Origin: Nitrososphaerota archaeon
Lineage (GTDB): Archaea; Thermoproteota; Nitrososphaeria; Nitrososphaerales; Nitrosopumilaceae
Assembly: GCA_028867755.1 (NCBI GenBank)
Contig: JAGWFT010000001.1
Location: forward strand, 1,060,727-1,124,726
Length of the DNA: 64,000 nucleotides
Direction: 5' to 3'
The notes beneath the pieces are model-generated. The model was not told where the DNA came from. It did not search any database and was given only the letters and a program-made list of their open reading frames with translations. The position numbers and the translations under genes are program-made. Numbering within the stretch: the stretch's first letter is position 1; the number at the start of each line of letters is the position of its first letter. This document shows, piece after piece, positions 30,189 to 40,960 of the stretch.

Positions 30189-31454
30189 TTGAAAAGAAGG
30201 CTATCACAGAGTCATGAAACTCTAATCCTTGTTACATCGCTTGTCATTTGTATCGCGTTTATTTGGTACTTGCCCTTGAATGTTTATGCACAATCTAACC
30301 AAAATGTAACCATTTCTTCAGGTATCAGCAGTTCACCGATACAGTTTGATAAAAAAGTCTTTTCTTGGACTGATAGAGTTGGCATCACAATATACGCTCC
30401 AGATTTTAATTCTGACCCTAACTTGATTGATACCATTGGGGATACAGAGGATGACAAGATAAATGTGTGTACAACTGGTCACTGCATTCCATACAAGCTA
30501 GTTGAGACTGGAACTAACACTGGTGTTTTTTCCGGTTATGTAGATCTGACAGGTGACCCCAGCCAGAAAGGAGCTTCAGGAATAGATGGAAATGGCGAGA
30601 ATCCATCTGGCATGACCTCAACATGCAATACGATATGTGGTCCTACAGATGGTATGCTTCCAACTACAGGAAACGATGGGATTTCTGTTTCTTTTGAGTA
30701 TTCACGAGATCAAACAGTAACAGGTTCTGCTCTAATTCGCTGGCACATGGGAGAAATTCAATGGTTGCAACCAAACTACTCATCAAGCAGTCAAGGCACG
30801 CTACAAATCGTAGATCCAGACATGAGCATTGTTCCAGATGCAATAAACAAGTTTGACACAAACGTCTGGTCAGACTCAGACTCGGGCGGAATTAAACTTA
30901 CAATGACTGAGACAGACAAAGGAACAGGGGTCTTTCAAGGTACAGTTGATTTTACTACACAGTATCCCTCTTCCGGAAACAGATTACATGTATCTGATGG
31001 TGATACCGTTACAGGTCAATATATCGACAGAACTCTACCTCCTCCATATTCTCCGTCAGATCAATCAAAATTAACTGCAGTTACTACAGTTGGTACTTTG
31101 TTGCCACCATTAGAAAGTGTCCCTGCCAGTAATGCAAGAATAATTGATTCCACTGGCAAAGAACTTGACAAGGTAATGACAGACCAGCAAGTGCAAATTG
31201 TTTCAGATGTCACAAACAAACTAAACAAAGATCAAGAGTTTGCCTACCTAGTACAGATTCAAGATAGTAATGGCATCACTCTTTCATTATCTTGGATAAC
31301 AGGTTCGTTATTACCAAACCAAAGTATGAGTTTGAGTCAATCGTGGAGCCCAAAGTCTCCTGGAACATACACTGCACAGATATTTGTATGGCAAGGTGTA
31401 ACTAGCCCTAATGCTTTATCTCCCCCGTTAACACTACAGATTCCTACATCGTAA
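30189..31454 (+). CDS. Exported protein homologous to the C-terminal part of the thaumarchaeal S-layer protein
   Basis: Signal peptide, FDKKVFSWTDRV.I.I.APD, LVETGTNTGVF, SALIRW, VWSDSDSGGI, FAYLVQIQDSNG, YTAQIFVW..PNALSPP. Confidence 0.75.
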   Translation: MKRRLSQSHETLILVTSLVICIAFIWYLPLNVYAQSNQNVTISSGISSSPIQFDKKVFSWTDRVGITIYAPDFNSDPNLIDTIGDTEDDKINVCTTGHCIPYKLVETGTNTGVFSGYVDLTGDPSQKGASGIDGNGENPSGMTSTCNTICGPTDGMLPTTGNDGISVSFEYSRDQTVTGSALIRWHMGEIQWLQPNYSSSSQGTLQIVDPDMSIVPDAINKFDTNVWSDSDSGGIKLTMTETDKGTGVFQGTVDFTTQYPSSGNRLHVSDGDTVTGQYIDRTLPPPYSPSDQSKLTAVTTVGTLLPPLESVPASNARIIDSTGKELDKVMTDQQVQIVSDVTNKLNKDQEFAYLVQIQDSNGITLSLSWITGSLLPNQSMSLSQSWSPKSPGTYTAQIFVWQGVTSPNALSPPLTLQIPTS

Positions 31455-31564
31455 TAAATCAAATTTCTAACAGCCTATAATTCCAAATCCAAAATTAAAG
31501 TTAGGTTGGAACTAATCTTAAGAAGGCTAAAATTATACCAAGTCTCAAGGCCTTTTGTTATCTA

Positions 31565-33241
31565 ATGGAAATATCAAGCAGAAATGTAGTTGATGGCCCG
31601 TCAAGGGCACCCCACAGAGCAATGTACAAAGCAATGGGGTTAACAGATAATGATCTTGGAAAACCATTCGTGGGAGTCTCACATACAGGTAATGAAGCAA
31701 CCCCATGTAATATTCACCTTGGTAGATTGGCCTTGCATGCAAAAAATGGTGTTCAAGAATCTGGCGGAACCCCAAGAGAGTTTTCTACAATTGCAGTAAG
31801 TGATGGAATAGCAATGGGTCACGAGGGCATGAAGTCTTCACTGGTCAGTAGAGAAGTAATAGCTGATTCTATTGAATTAATGGTAAGAGCACATCAGTAT
31901 GATGGGCTTGTAGGAATAGCAGGATGTGACAAGAGTTTACCAGGTTCTATGATGGCCATGGCACGATTGAACATCCCATCAGTTTTTGTTTATGGTGGAA
32001 CCATAATGCCTGGAATTTACGAAGGAAAACAAGTCACAGTTCAAGACGTTTACGAAGCAGTAGGGGCATATGATGCAGGACAGCTAACTCTTGAGGCGCT
32101 CAAGAATTTGGAGAACGTAGCATGCCCAAACGCTGGCTCTTGTGGAGGCATGTACACTGCAAATACAATGGCATCGATTAGTGAAGCCATTGGAATTGCA
32201 TTGCCTGGAAGCGCATCTCCTCCTGCAGAAGATCCTAGAAGAGAGAAAATTGTCTACCAAAGCGGCAAGGCAGTCATGAACTTGCTTGAAAATGGAATAA
32301 GGCCAAAAGACATTCTTACATATGAGGCATTTGAGAATGCAATAACTATTGCTAATGCCATAGGTGGTTCTACAAATGCAGTATTGCATCTTCTAGCACT
32401 ATCTAGAGAAATCGGCATAAACTTGACCCTTGAAGATTTTGAAAAAGTGAGAAAACGCACACCGCATATTGCAGATATGAGGCCTGGGGGATTTTATGTC
32501 ATGCTAGATCTTGATAAGATAGGCGGAATTCCTCTAATAATGAAAAGTCTGCAGAAAAAAAATCTCTTAAATGGAAATGCATTGACTGTCACAGGAAAGA
32601 CAATGAAGCAAAATTTGGATTCCATACAACTTTCTTTTGATGAGAATCAAAAAGTACTAAAACCTATAGAAGCACCAATTCACAGTGTAGGAACTCTAAC
32701 CATACTTCGAGGAACCCTTGCTCCAGATGGAGCTGTTGTCAAAGTAGCTGGAATGCATACAACAGAATTTCGAGGAAAAGCCAGAGTATTTGACAGAGAG
32801 GAAGATGCATTTGACGCAATATCAAAACGCGAGATTAAGGAAAATGATGTAGTTGTTATCAGGTATGAGGGTCCAAAGGGTGGCCCAGGTATGAGAGAGA
32901 TGCTCGGAGTCACAGCTGCACTGGTTGGACAAAAATTAGGTGAGAAGGTAGCACTTGTTACAGATGGAAGATTCTCAGGTGCCACTAGAGGTTTAATGAT
33001 AGGGCATGTATCTCCAGAAGCTGCAGTTGGCGGAAACATTGCATTGGTAAAAGACGGCGATGAAATTATAATCAACATTGAAAAGAACAGTATAGATATC
33101 ATGGTACCAGAAAATGAACTTGCAGAACGCAGAAAGCAATGGAAGCCAAGAAAACCAAATTATGAAAAAGGCGCATTGGCAAAATTTGCCTCACTTGTCA
33201 CCTCAGCATCTGAAGGGGCAATAACAAAACCCAAGTGGTAG
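31565..33241 (+). CDS. ilvD: Dihydroxy-acid dehydratase
   Basis: [54 protein letters not shown]. Confidence 0.96.
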   Translation: MEISSRNVVDGPSRAPHRAMYKAMGLTDNDLGKPFVGVSHTGNEATPCNIHLGRLALHAKNGVQESGGTPREFSTIAVSDGIAMGHEGMKSSLVSREVIADSIELMVRAHQYDGLVGIAGCDKSLPGSMMAMARLNIPSVFVYGGTIMPGIYEGKQVTVQDVYEAVGAYDAGQLTLEALKNLENVACPNAGSCGGMYTANTMASISEAIGIALPGSASPPAEDPRREKIVYQSGKAVMNLLENGIRPKDILTYEAFENAITIANAIGGSTNAVLHLLALSREIGINLTLEDFEKVRKRTPHIADMRPGGFYVMLDLDKIGGIPLIMKSLQKKNLLNGNALTVTGKTMKQNLDSIQLSFDENQKVLKPIEAPIHSVGTLTILRGTLAPDGAVVKVAGMHTTEFRGKARVFDREEDAFDAISKREIKENDVVVIRYEGPKGGPGMREMLGVTAALVGQKLGEKVALVTDGRFSGATRGLMIGHVSPEAAVGGNIALVKDGDEIIINIEKNSIDIMVPENELAERRKQWKPRKPNYEKGALAKFASLVTSASEGAITKPKW

Positions 33242-33255
33242 TCTACATTACATCT

Positions 33256-33471
33256 TTAGTACTTTGGAATATGGTATTGACAGAAAAAGCGCATCTTTTG
33301 CCCTGTCTGTTTGGCAGTTACTGAAATCCCATCTTCTAGGCCTTTATCACATATAGTACATACTGCCTCTTTCACTGTTGTTTTTACTGACGCTTTTCTT
33401 TTTAAGAAATATAGATCTTGAAAAAGTAGAGCATTACTACTATTTGCTCGCCGAGCCAGTACCTGAGACAT
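33256..33471 (-). CDS. Small putative zinc-finger protein
   Basis: CTIC...FFCQYH. Confidence 0.6.
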   Translation of the reverse strand: MSQVLARRANSSNALLFQDLYFLKRKASVKTTVKEAVCTICDKGLEDGISVTAKQTGQKMRFFCQYHIPKY

Positions 33472-33566
33472 GCATTATAGATCGTCCCCAGCGCATATAA
33501 AGGTACCGTACCATACCGTAACTTCCACTTGTAAGGTAGCTTAATTTTAAATATAGATAGAACCGA

Positions 33567-33608
33567 ATGATTCGTATGGGTGGCCACATTTGGACATTCG
33601 AACCTTAA
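33567..33608 (+). other. Candidate uORF MIRMGGHIWTFEP* overlapping the trpE start (alternative ATG at 33576)
   Basis: ATG 33567 or 33576, TGG at 33591, TAA 33606-33608; TATA-like TTTTAAAT at 33545-33552. Confidence 0.3.
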
Positions 33609-34935
33609 GATAGTACCCCTAGATTATTCTGGCTCCCAATTTGATCTGTATAACAAAATCTCTAGGAACTTTGAGTATTCATTTCTCTTTGAATCATTAA
33701 CTGGACCTGAAGAGCTAGCAGAAACATCAATCATGGGGTTTGACCCTTCAGTTATAGTCAAAGGTTTTGCAGATAGAATAACACTTCATTACAAAAATGG
33801 TACAACTACTGTCATCAAGACAAAAGATCCACTATCAGAGATCAAAAAATTACTTCATCAGGTTCCAGATCAGAAATACAGATACGTTGGCGGAGCAGTA
33901 GGGGTCATCAACTATGACGCTATCAGATTGTGGGAAAAAATTCCAGATTCACATAACAAAAATAACTCACCTGTAATGGAATTTGGAATTTATGATGACG
34001 GGATTATTTATGACAATAAAGAAAAAAAATCATTTTATCTCTATTATGATATAAACAGAATACAAAGACTTTCTTACAACGATACCAACTTTGGAGAGTT
34101 TTCCATGTCAGACGTTGAAGAAAATCTAGACAAGGAATATTTTGAGAACATGGTAAAGAAAGCAAAAAAGTACATACACGATGGAGATATTTTTCAGGTC
34201 GTACTTTCAAGAAAATTTAATTTTAGTGCTAATGGGGATTTACTGAAAGTCTACAAATCACTCAGACAAGTTAATCCATCTCCCTACATGTATCATATAA
34301 AATTAAACAATAAAACCATGATAGGATCTAGTCCAGAAATGTTATTACGTATTACTGGAAACACTGCTGAAACTTTCCCTATAGCTGGAACAAGGCCAAT
34401 TACAGACGATGAAAAAAAGAACGAGTCTATGAAGGAAGAATTACTACATGATGAGAAAGAATTAGCAGAACATACCATGTTAGTAGACCTAGGTCGCAAC
34501 GATATTGGACGGGTTTGTAAATACGGCTCGGTGCACGTAAAGGATCTCATGGCAGTAAAGAGATTCAGCCATGTACAGCACATAGTTACCCACGTAGTGG
34601 GTACACTTGATAAAAAATACGACATGTTTGACGCAGTCAAGGCAGTATTTCCCGCTGGTACTGTTTCTGGTGCTCCAAAGATAAGGGCAATGGAAATAAT
34701 AGATGAATTAGAACCAGATGCAAGAGGCCCTTATGCTGGAGCTATAGGATATTTCTCTTTTAATGGATGCTGTGATTTTGCAATTGCAATAAGAACAATT
34801 TTCATGGATGGAACTCAAGGTTTTATCCAAACAGGTGCAGGAATTGTTTCTGATTCAGTATCAGAGAATGAATGGATGGAAACTCAGCACAAGGCAAATG
34901 CAATGATATCAGCCCTAAAGGAGGCCACCAGATGA
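33580..34935 (+). CDS. trpE: Anthranilate synthase component I
   Basis: FLFES, GDIFQVVLS, NPSPYM, SSPE, PIAGT, EHTMLVDLGRND, FPAGTVSGAPK. Confidence 0.95.
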   Translation: MATFGHSNLKIVPLDYSGSQFDLYNKISRNFEYSFLFESLTGPEELAETSIMGFDPSVIVKGFADRITLHYKNGTTTVIKTKDPLSEIKKLLHQVPDQKYRYVGGAVGVINYDAIRLWEKIPDSHNKNNSPVMEFGIYDDGIIYDNKEKKSFYLYYDINRIQRLSYNDTNFGEFSMSDVEENLDKEYFENMVKKAKKYIHDGDIFQVVLSRKFNFSANGDLLKVYKSLRQVNPSPYMYHIKLNNKTMIGSSPEMLLRITGNTAETFPIAGTRPITDDEKKNESMKEELLHDEKELAEHTMLVDLGRNDIGRVCKYGSVHVKDLMAVKRFSHVQHIVTHVVGTLDKKYDMFDAVKAVFPAGTVSGAPKIRAMEIIDELEPDARGPYAGAIGYFSFNGCCDFAIAIRTIFMDGTQGFIQTGAGIVSDSVSENEWMETQHKANAMISALKEATR

Positions 34936-35519
34936 AATTTTTAATCATTGATAATTATGATTCGTTTGTGTATAACATAGCTCAGCTTTTAGGCGAACTT
35001 GGAGTAGATTCTGATGTAATTAGAAATGACAAGATAACGCTAGACGAAATTAGAAAAGGAAATTATGATGCAATAATTATTTCACCAGGGCCGGGAACAC
35101 CAGAAGATGAAAAATATTTTGGAATTTGCACCAAGGTGATAAGAGAATTGGGCCCAACAAAACCAATCCTAGGGGTTTGCTTGGGTCATCAGGGAATAAT
35201 ACACGCATTTGGAGGAAAAGTCGTAAATGCAGTAAATGTGCGACATGGAAAAACTAGCCCTGTAAAACATCATGAATCTCCATTATTTGAGGGAGTTCAA
35301 AATCCATTCAGAGCTACAAGATATCACTCACTTGTAGGAGACAAAACAATAATTCCTGATGAGCTTAAAATTACTGCAGTTGCACAAGACGATGAGGAGA
35401 TAATGGCCATAAGCCACAAGAAATATCTCATCGAGGGAGTTCAATTCCACCCAGAATCAATCATGACAGGAGAGGGCAAAAAAATATTGAGTAATTTCAT
35501 AAAGTTGATCAAAAAATGA
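34932..35519 (+). CDS. trpG: Anthranilate synthase component II (start ATG 34932)
   Basis: IDNYDSF, SPGPG, GVCLGHQ, RYHSL, QFHPES. Confidence 0.95.
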   Translation: MKFLIIDNYDSFVYNIAQLLGELGVDSDVIRNDKITLDEIRKGNYDAIIISPGPGTPEDEKYFGICTKVIRELGPTKPILGVCLGHQGIIHAFGGKVVNAVNVRHGKTSPVKHHESPLFEGVQNPFRATRYHSLVGDKTIIPDELKITAVAQDDEEIMAISHKKYLIEGVQFHPESIMTGEGKKILSNFIKLIKK

Positions 35520-36562
35520 TTTCAGAAACAATAACAAAACTTTCGCATAATCAAGATCTTAGCTACGATGAGATGCTCAATGTCATGAATGAGGTACTTG
35601 ATGGCAAGATCTCTGTTCAAGAGACTGCGAATTTTCTCAAAAATCTTACTGCAAAAGGCGAATCAAATGAGGAGCTCTTGGCGATGCTTGATACAATGCA
35701 AAAATACGCCATACACATAGAACCAAAATGCCGTGGAAGGATAATTGATGTCTGCGGTACTGGAGGAGACAAAATGCACACATTTAACGTATCAACGACT
35801 GCTGCATTTGTTATTGCAGCAGGAGGAGTAAGTGTAGCAAAGCATGGAAACAGGTCAACTTCCGGTATAAGTGGTAGTGCTGACATATTCGAATATTTTG
35901 GATATGATATCAATATGGAACCAAAGAAAATTAGAGAGATAATTGAAAAATTCAATATTGGTTTTATGTATGCACAAAAATTTCATCCAGCCATGAAAAA
36001 TGTTGCAGAGGCAAGAAAGTTGTTAGAAGTAAGAACTGCTTTTAACTTACTTGGTCCCCTGAGTAATCCTGCCCAAGTCAGAAATCAACTTGTAGGTGTA
36101 TTCTCACCAGACTATTTGCAACGAATCGTAACACTACTGCAGTCAAGAGGAGCAGAGAATGTAATGACTGTAATCTCTAATGATGGACTAGATGAGCTAT
36201 CAACCACTTCAAAAAATCAAATATATCTTTTAAAAAATTCCGAAACTCACAATTTCATACTAGATCCAGCAGAACTTGGATTAGCAAAAGCAAATCTTAA
36301 GGACATACAAATATCAACAAAAGACGAGGCAATTAGATCATTTATTTCAGTTCTAAATGGAACCGGAAAAAAATCAATGATAGATATTACAGCGTTAAAT
36401 GCAGCAGCTGGATTTATTGTGGGAGGCATATCAGATAAGTTTGACGAGGCTTTGGAAATTGCATTTGACGTAATACATACTGGAAAGTCATTTGACCTTT
36501 TTAGGAATTTTATCAAATATTGTGGAAATATTAGCAAAGTGGAGGAGCTTGAGAACAAATGA
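35516..36562 (+). CDS. trpD: Anthranilate phosphoribosyltransferase
   Basis: DVCGTGGD, FNVST, KHGNRS, GSADI, FNLLGPL, DGLDE. Confidence 0.95.
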   Translation: MISETITKLSHNQDLSYDEMLNVMNEVLDGKISVQETANFLKNLTAKGESNEELLAMLDTMQKYAIHIEPKCRGRIIDVCGTGGDKMHTFNVSTTAAFVIAAGGVSVAKHGNRSTSGISGSADIFEYFGYDINMEPKKIREIIEKFNIGFMYAQKFHPAMKNVAEARKLLEVRTAFNLLGPLSNPAQVRNQLVGVFSPDYLQRIVTLLQSRGAENVMTVISNDGLDELSTTSKNQIYLLKNSETHNFILDPAELGLAKANLKDIQISTKDEAIRSFISVLNGTGKKSMIDITALNAAAGFIVGGISDKFDEALEIAFDVIHTGKSFDLFRNFIKYCGNISKVEELENK

Positions 36563-37335
36563 AAAATGTTCTAGAAAAACTTGCAGAAAACTCCCGAAGA
36601 GCGATAGATGAAGAAGTGTACAACATAGAATACCGACTGGAAAAATCAGATAAAAACATCATAAATGAGATTAAAAAAAATCCGCATGCATCACTCATAA
36701 CAGAGGTGAAATTTTCATCTCCATCGCTTGGCGACATACGACAAGTTTCCAACCCCTCCACAATTGCAAAGACAATGATTGAAGGAGGCGCCATTGGACT
36801 TTCAATTTTGACCCAGCCGTATCTTTTTAATGGATCGCCGAAGTACTTTGCAGAAATTAGAAAACAGATCAAAGCCCCCTTGTTGATGAAAGATATAGTT
36901 GTAGACAAGGTACAGATTGAAGCAGCAGAAAAACTGGGTGCAGACGTGGTGCTTTTAATTCAATCAATCTTTGACAAAAAGTACGCAAAAGAAATCGACG
37001 AATTTATAGAATATGCACATAAAAAGAATCTTCTTGTATTAATAGAATCACACACAAAAAAAGAATTTCTTGATTCTGCCAAGACGCAAGCTGACATACT
37101 TGGAATAAACAACCGTAATTTGGACACACTAGAAATCGATCTAAAAACTACAGAAACAATACTCAAAGACCAAAAAAAAGATGGTAGAATAGTCATATCT
37201 GAAAGTGGCATAGAAACTCCACAAGATATTATATTTCTCAGGCAATATGGTGCAGACGCCTTTCTTGTAGGTAGCAGCATCATGAAGAGTAAAGATATCA
37301 AGGGATTAGTTTCAAGTCTGGTGTCAGCAATATGA
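36559..37335 (+). CDS. trpC: Indole-3-glycerol phosphate synthase (not fused to TrpF)
   Basis: [37 protein letters not shown]. Confidence 0.93.
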   Translation: MKNVLEKLAENSRRAIDEEVYNIEYRLEKSDKNIINEIKKNPHASLITEVKFSSPSLGDIRQVSNPSTIAKTMIEGGAIGLSILTQPYLFNGSPKYFAEIRKQIKAPLLMKDIVVDKVQIEAAEKLGADVVLLIQSIFDKKYAKEIDEFIEYAHKKNLLVLIESHTKKEFLDSAKTQADILGINNRNLDTLEIDLKTTETILKDQKKDGRIVISESGIETPQDIIFLRQYGADAFLVGSSIMKSKDIKGLVSSLVSAI

Positions 37336-38534
37336 AATTGGGATACCCAAAAAATGGCAAATTTGGAGAGTTTGGTGGTCGGTTTATACCTGAAACCTTG
37401 GTACCTGCAGTCGAAGAGCTAGAGCAGGCATATCTAAAATTCAAAGATAACAAGGATTTCAGACAGGAATTAGATTACTATTTAAAAGAATATGCTGGAA
37501 GACCCACACCACTTTACTTTGCCAAAAATCTCACCGAGTCTATCGGAGGCGCCAAGATATACCTAAAAAGAGAAGATCTTTTGCACGGCGGAGCACACAA
37601 GATCAACAATACCCTAGGACAAGGGCTATTAGCAAAGAGGATGAATAAGAAAAGAATCATCGCAGAAACAGGAGCTGGCCAACACGGAGTAGCAACTGCA
37701 ATGGCATGTGCATCCCTTGGACTACAATCCGAAGTGTACATGGGCTATAAAGATACACAGAGACAAAAATTGAATGTTTTCAGAATGAAACTTTTGGGTT
37801 CTATAGTACATCCTGTAAAAGACGGAACGCAGACACTCAAGGATGCTATCAATGAAGCCATACGAGATTGGATTACAAATGTAAAAACTACATATTATCT
37901 TTTAGGATCAGCAGTTGGGCCTCATCCATATCCGGTGATGGTCAGAGACTTTCAATCAGTGATAGGCAATGAAATATTATCACAGATGAAAGACTTGGAA
38001 AAGAAATCTCCTGACTCTGTAATAGCATGTGTGGGAGGAGGATCAAATGCAATTGGGACATTTTATCCACTCATTGACGAAAACACTCTCATGTTTGGAG
38101 TTGAAGCTGGTGGAGAGGGAATAAACACAGAACATCACTCTGCAACACTTGTAGCAGGATCTAAAGGAATTCTTCACGGCATGCTAACTTATCTTTTACA
38201 AGACAAGTACGGACAGATAAGAGATACACACAGCATAGCAGCAGGGTTGGATTACCCCGGAGTGGGTCCGGAACATTCCTATCTTAAAGATGCAAAGAGA
38301 GTAAAATATGATACAGTAAGTGATAATGATGCAATCCAGGCCTTCTTGATGCTTTCAAAACATGAAGGAATTATACCAGCCTTGGAATCATCGCATGCAG
38401 TAGCATATGCGATAAAGCAAGCAAAAAATATGTCAAAGAGTGAAACCATTGTAGTAACGCTATCTGGACGTGGTGACAAAGATGTTGAAGTCGTAGAGAA
38501 ATATTTGATGGAAAATGCCAAGAATTCAAGATAA
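37332..38534 (+). CDS. trpB: Tryptophan synthase beta chain
   Basis: [40 protein letters not shown]. Confidence 0.96.
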   Translation: MKLGYPKNGKFGEFGGRFIPETLVPAVEELEQAYLKFKDNKDFRQELDYYLKEYAGRPTPLYFAKNLTESIGGAKIYLKREDLLHGGAHKINNTLGQGLLAKRMNKKRIIAETGAGQHGVATAMACASLGLQSEVYMGYKDTQRQKLNVFRMKLLGSIVHPVKDGTQTLKDAINEAIRDWITNVKTTYYLLGSAVGPHPYPVMVRDFQSVIGNEILSQMKDLEKKSPDSVIACVGGGSNAIGTFYPLIDENTLMFGVEAGGEGINTEHHSATLVAGSKGILHGMLTYLLQDKYGQIRDTHSIAAGLDYPGVGPEHSYLKDAKRVKYDTVSDNDAIQAFLMLSKHEGIIPALESSHAVAYAIKQAKNMSKSETIVVTLSGRGDKDVEVVEKYLMENAKNSR

Positions 38535-39321
38535 ACTTTCAGAGATGAAATCCAAGAACCAGAAGGCGCTTATAGCCTATGCTATGGCAGGCTATCCTAG
38601 TGAAAGCGGTACAATATCCATGGTTCGAGGACTGGTGCAAGGAGGAGCAGACATCATCGAACTCGGACTGCCATTTTCAGATCCTCTAGCAGATGGCCCA
38701 GTAATACAAAATGCAAGTTTTCTGGCATTACAGAAAGGCATGAATCTTGACAAATTTGTAAATCTAGTAAAAAAAATTCGAAAGGAAGCAGATATTCCAC
38801 TTGTCTTGATGACGTACGCAAATCTTTTGTATAGTCGCGGGTATGACAAGTTTATCTCAACTGTAAAAAAAGCCGGAATTGATGGCATCATATTACCAGA
38901 CATGTCAATCGAGGAAGCAGAAGGGTATCTTGAAATAGTTCATAAAAACAACATGGATGCCATCTTTCTCATATCCCCTAATACCTCAGAAGACAGGATA
39001 AAGAAAATTTCTGGTATGTCATCGGGTTTTATGTACCTAGTTTCCATATATGGCACAACTGGAGCACAGCAAAAATTTCAACAGTATACGCTTGACGCGA
39101 TAAGAAATGCAAAAAAGACATTAGGCGGCAAGATGCCTCTAGGAGTAGGTTTTGGGGTAAATAACGCAGATCAAGCAAAATTAATCCTGCAAACAGGCGC
39201 AGATGCAATAATTGTAGCAAGTGCATTTTTGCGATTAATTGAAAAAACGCCTCAAGCGAAGATCCAATCTAAAATCGCCTCATTTGCAAAAAATCTAAAA
39301 AAAGCAACTATCTCAGAATAA
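38515..39321 (+). CDS. trpA: Tryptophan synthase alpha chain
   Basis: [39 protein letters not shown]. Confidence 0.95.
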   Translation: MPRIQDKLSEMKSKNQKALIAYAMAGYPSESGTISMVRGLVQGGADIIELGLPFSDPLADGPVIQNASFLALQKGMNLDKFVNLVKKIRKEADIPLVLMTYANLLYSRGYDKFISTVKKAGIDGIILPDMSIEEAEGYLEIVHKNNMDAIFLISPNTSEDRIKKISGMSSGFMYLVSIYGTTGAQQKFQQYTLDAIRNAKKTLGGKMPLGVGFGVNNADQAKLILQTGADAIIVASAFLRLIEKTPQAKIQSKIASFAKNLKKATISE

Positions 39322-39352
39322 GAAATAAAAATAGCATCAATCCATCATAGAT

Positions 39353-40960
39353 ATGCAGACAGAAACGAGGTATATTTTTGTAACAGGCGGAGTCATGTCT
39401 GGACTTGGCAAGGGCGTAGTATCATCCTCTATTGCAAAACTCCTTCAGCTTTCAAACCAAAAAGTTTCTTGTATCAAGATTGACCCCTATCTAAATTACG
39501 ACGCAGGAACCATGAATCCAATTGCTCATGGCGAGGTATTTGTCACTGACGATGGCGGTGAATGCGATATGGATATTGGAAACTATGAGCGATTCCTAAA
39601 TCAAAGCATACCAAAAACCCACAATATTACTACAGCCCAGATATATTCAAGTGTAATAGAGTCTGAAAGACGAGGTGAATACTTGGGTGCTTGTGTCCAG
39701 ATAATACCTCATGTGACAGATGCCATAAAAGATAGAATTAGAAATATTGCAAAAAATGAAAACTTGGATGTCCTAGTGGTAGAATGCGGTGGAACTGTTG
39801 GCGATATTGAAAGCCTACCATTCCTAGAAGCGTTAAGACAGATGAGATTAGAGGAAGGATCAGATAAGATCATTTTTGTACATGTCACTCTAGCACCGTC
39901 TCTTGATGTAGTTGGCGAACAGAAAACAAAACCTACACAACATAGCGTACAAGAACTGAGAAGAATTGGTATCCAACCTGACTTGATGGCAGTAAGATGC
40001 AGCAGATTACTTGATACATCGGCAAAGAGAAAAATATCATTATTTTCTAATGTTTCTGAAAAAGACGTATTCTCGTGTCACGATGCAGAGTCCATACTGA
40101 CAGTACCACAAATGTTGTATGACCAAGGAATTGTTGATGTAATTTTTAAAAAGTTTGGCAAAGTAGGACTTGTAAACACATCAGCAAATTGGGACAAGTG
40201 GAATTCCATAGTAAATTCATTTGTCAATCTAAAAGACCAGGTAAGAATAGCTATGGTAGGCAAGTATGTCAAGTTAGCCGACAGCTATGTCAGTGTAAAT
40301 CACGCACTCAAACATGCCGGAGCAAAGATTGGCAAAAACGTTGCAATAGACTGGATTGACTCTGAAGAACTAAATGGCAGCATAGACAAGCTTTCCCAGT
40401 ATCAAGGAATTATCGTTCCAGGAGGATTTGGGGAAAGAGGGGCAGAAGGAATAATTAAAACAGCAAACTTTGCACGAGAAAAGAACGTACCATATCTTGG
40501 CATATGTTTTGGATTCCAGCTTGCAGCTGTTGCCTTTGGGCGTTATGTGTGCGGTTTATCAGATGCAAACTCAACTGAGATTAATCCAAATACAGAAAAT
40601 CCTGTCATTGATCTCCTACCAGAACAAAAATTCATCGAAAACAAGGGCGGGTCTTTGAGATTGGGAGCAAATGAGATCAAAGTGGACGATAGCACTCTTG
40701 GATTCAAACTCTACAAGTCAGCTACAATCTTCAAAAGACATAGACACAGATACGAATTTAACCAAAAATATCTAGAACTATTCAATACTAAGGGCCTCAG
40801 GTTTTCAGGATACAGTGACAACAAAAAACGTATGGAGATTCTTGAGATACCAAATCACAAGTTCTACCTAGGAGTTCAATTCCATCCAGAATTTAGTAGC
40901 AGACCAGGATATCCCGAAGAATCCTTTGAAGCCTTTATACGAGCAGCTTCTAGTGCCTAA
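39353..40960 (+). CDS. pyrG: CTP synthase
   Basis: GGVMSGLGKG, DPYLN, KTKPTQ, GICFGFQ, RHRHRYE, QFHPEF. Confidence 0.97.
   Translation: MQTETRYIFVTGGVMSGLGKGVVSSSIAKLLQLSNQKVSCIKIDPYLNYDAGTMNPIAHGEVFVTDDGGECDMDIGNYERFLNQSIPKTHNITTAQIYSSVIESERRGEYLGACVQIIPHVTDAIKDRIRNIAKNENLDVLVVECGGTVGDIESLPFLEALRQMRLEEGSDKIIFVHVTLAPSLDVVGEQKTKPTQHSVQELRRIGIQPDLMAVRCSRLLDTSAKRKISLFSNVSEKDVFSCHDAESILTVPQMLYDQGIVDVIFKKFGKVGLVNTSANWDKWNSIVNSFVNLKDQVRIAMVGKYVKLADSYVSVNHALKHAGAKIGKNVAIDWIDSEELNGSIDKLSQYQGIIVPGGFGERGAEGIIKTANFAREKNVPYLGICFGFQLAAVAFGRYVCGLSDANSTEINPNTENPVIDLLPEQKFIENKGGSLRLGANEIKVDDSTLGFKLYKSATIFKRHRHRYEFNQKYLELFNTKGLRFSGYSDNKKRMEILEIPNHKFYLGVQFHPEFSSRPGYPEESFEAFIRAASSA

Noticed and set aside
31499-31515. 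TTAGG-TTGGAA-CTAA upstream of ilvD as another DtxR box
   Set aside because: Spacing is off by one and the right half-site is imperfect
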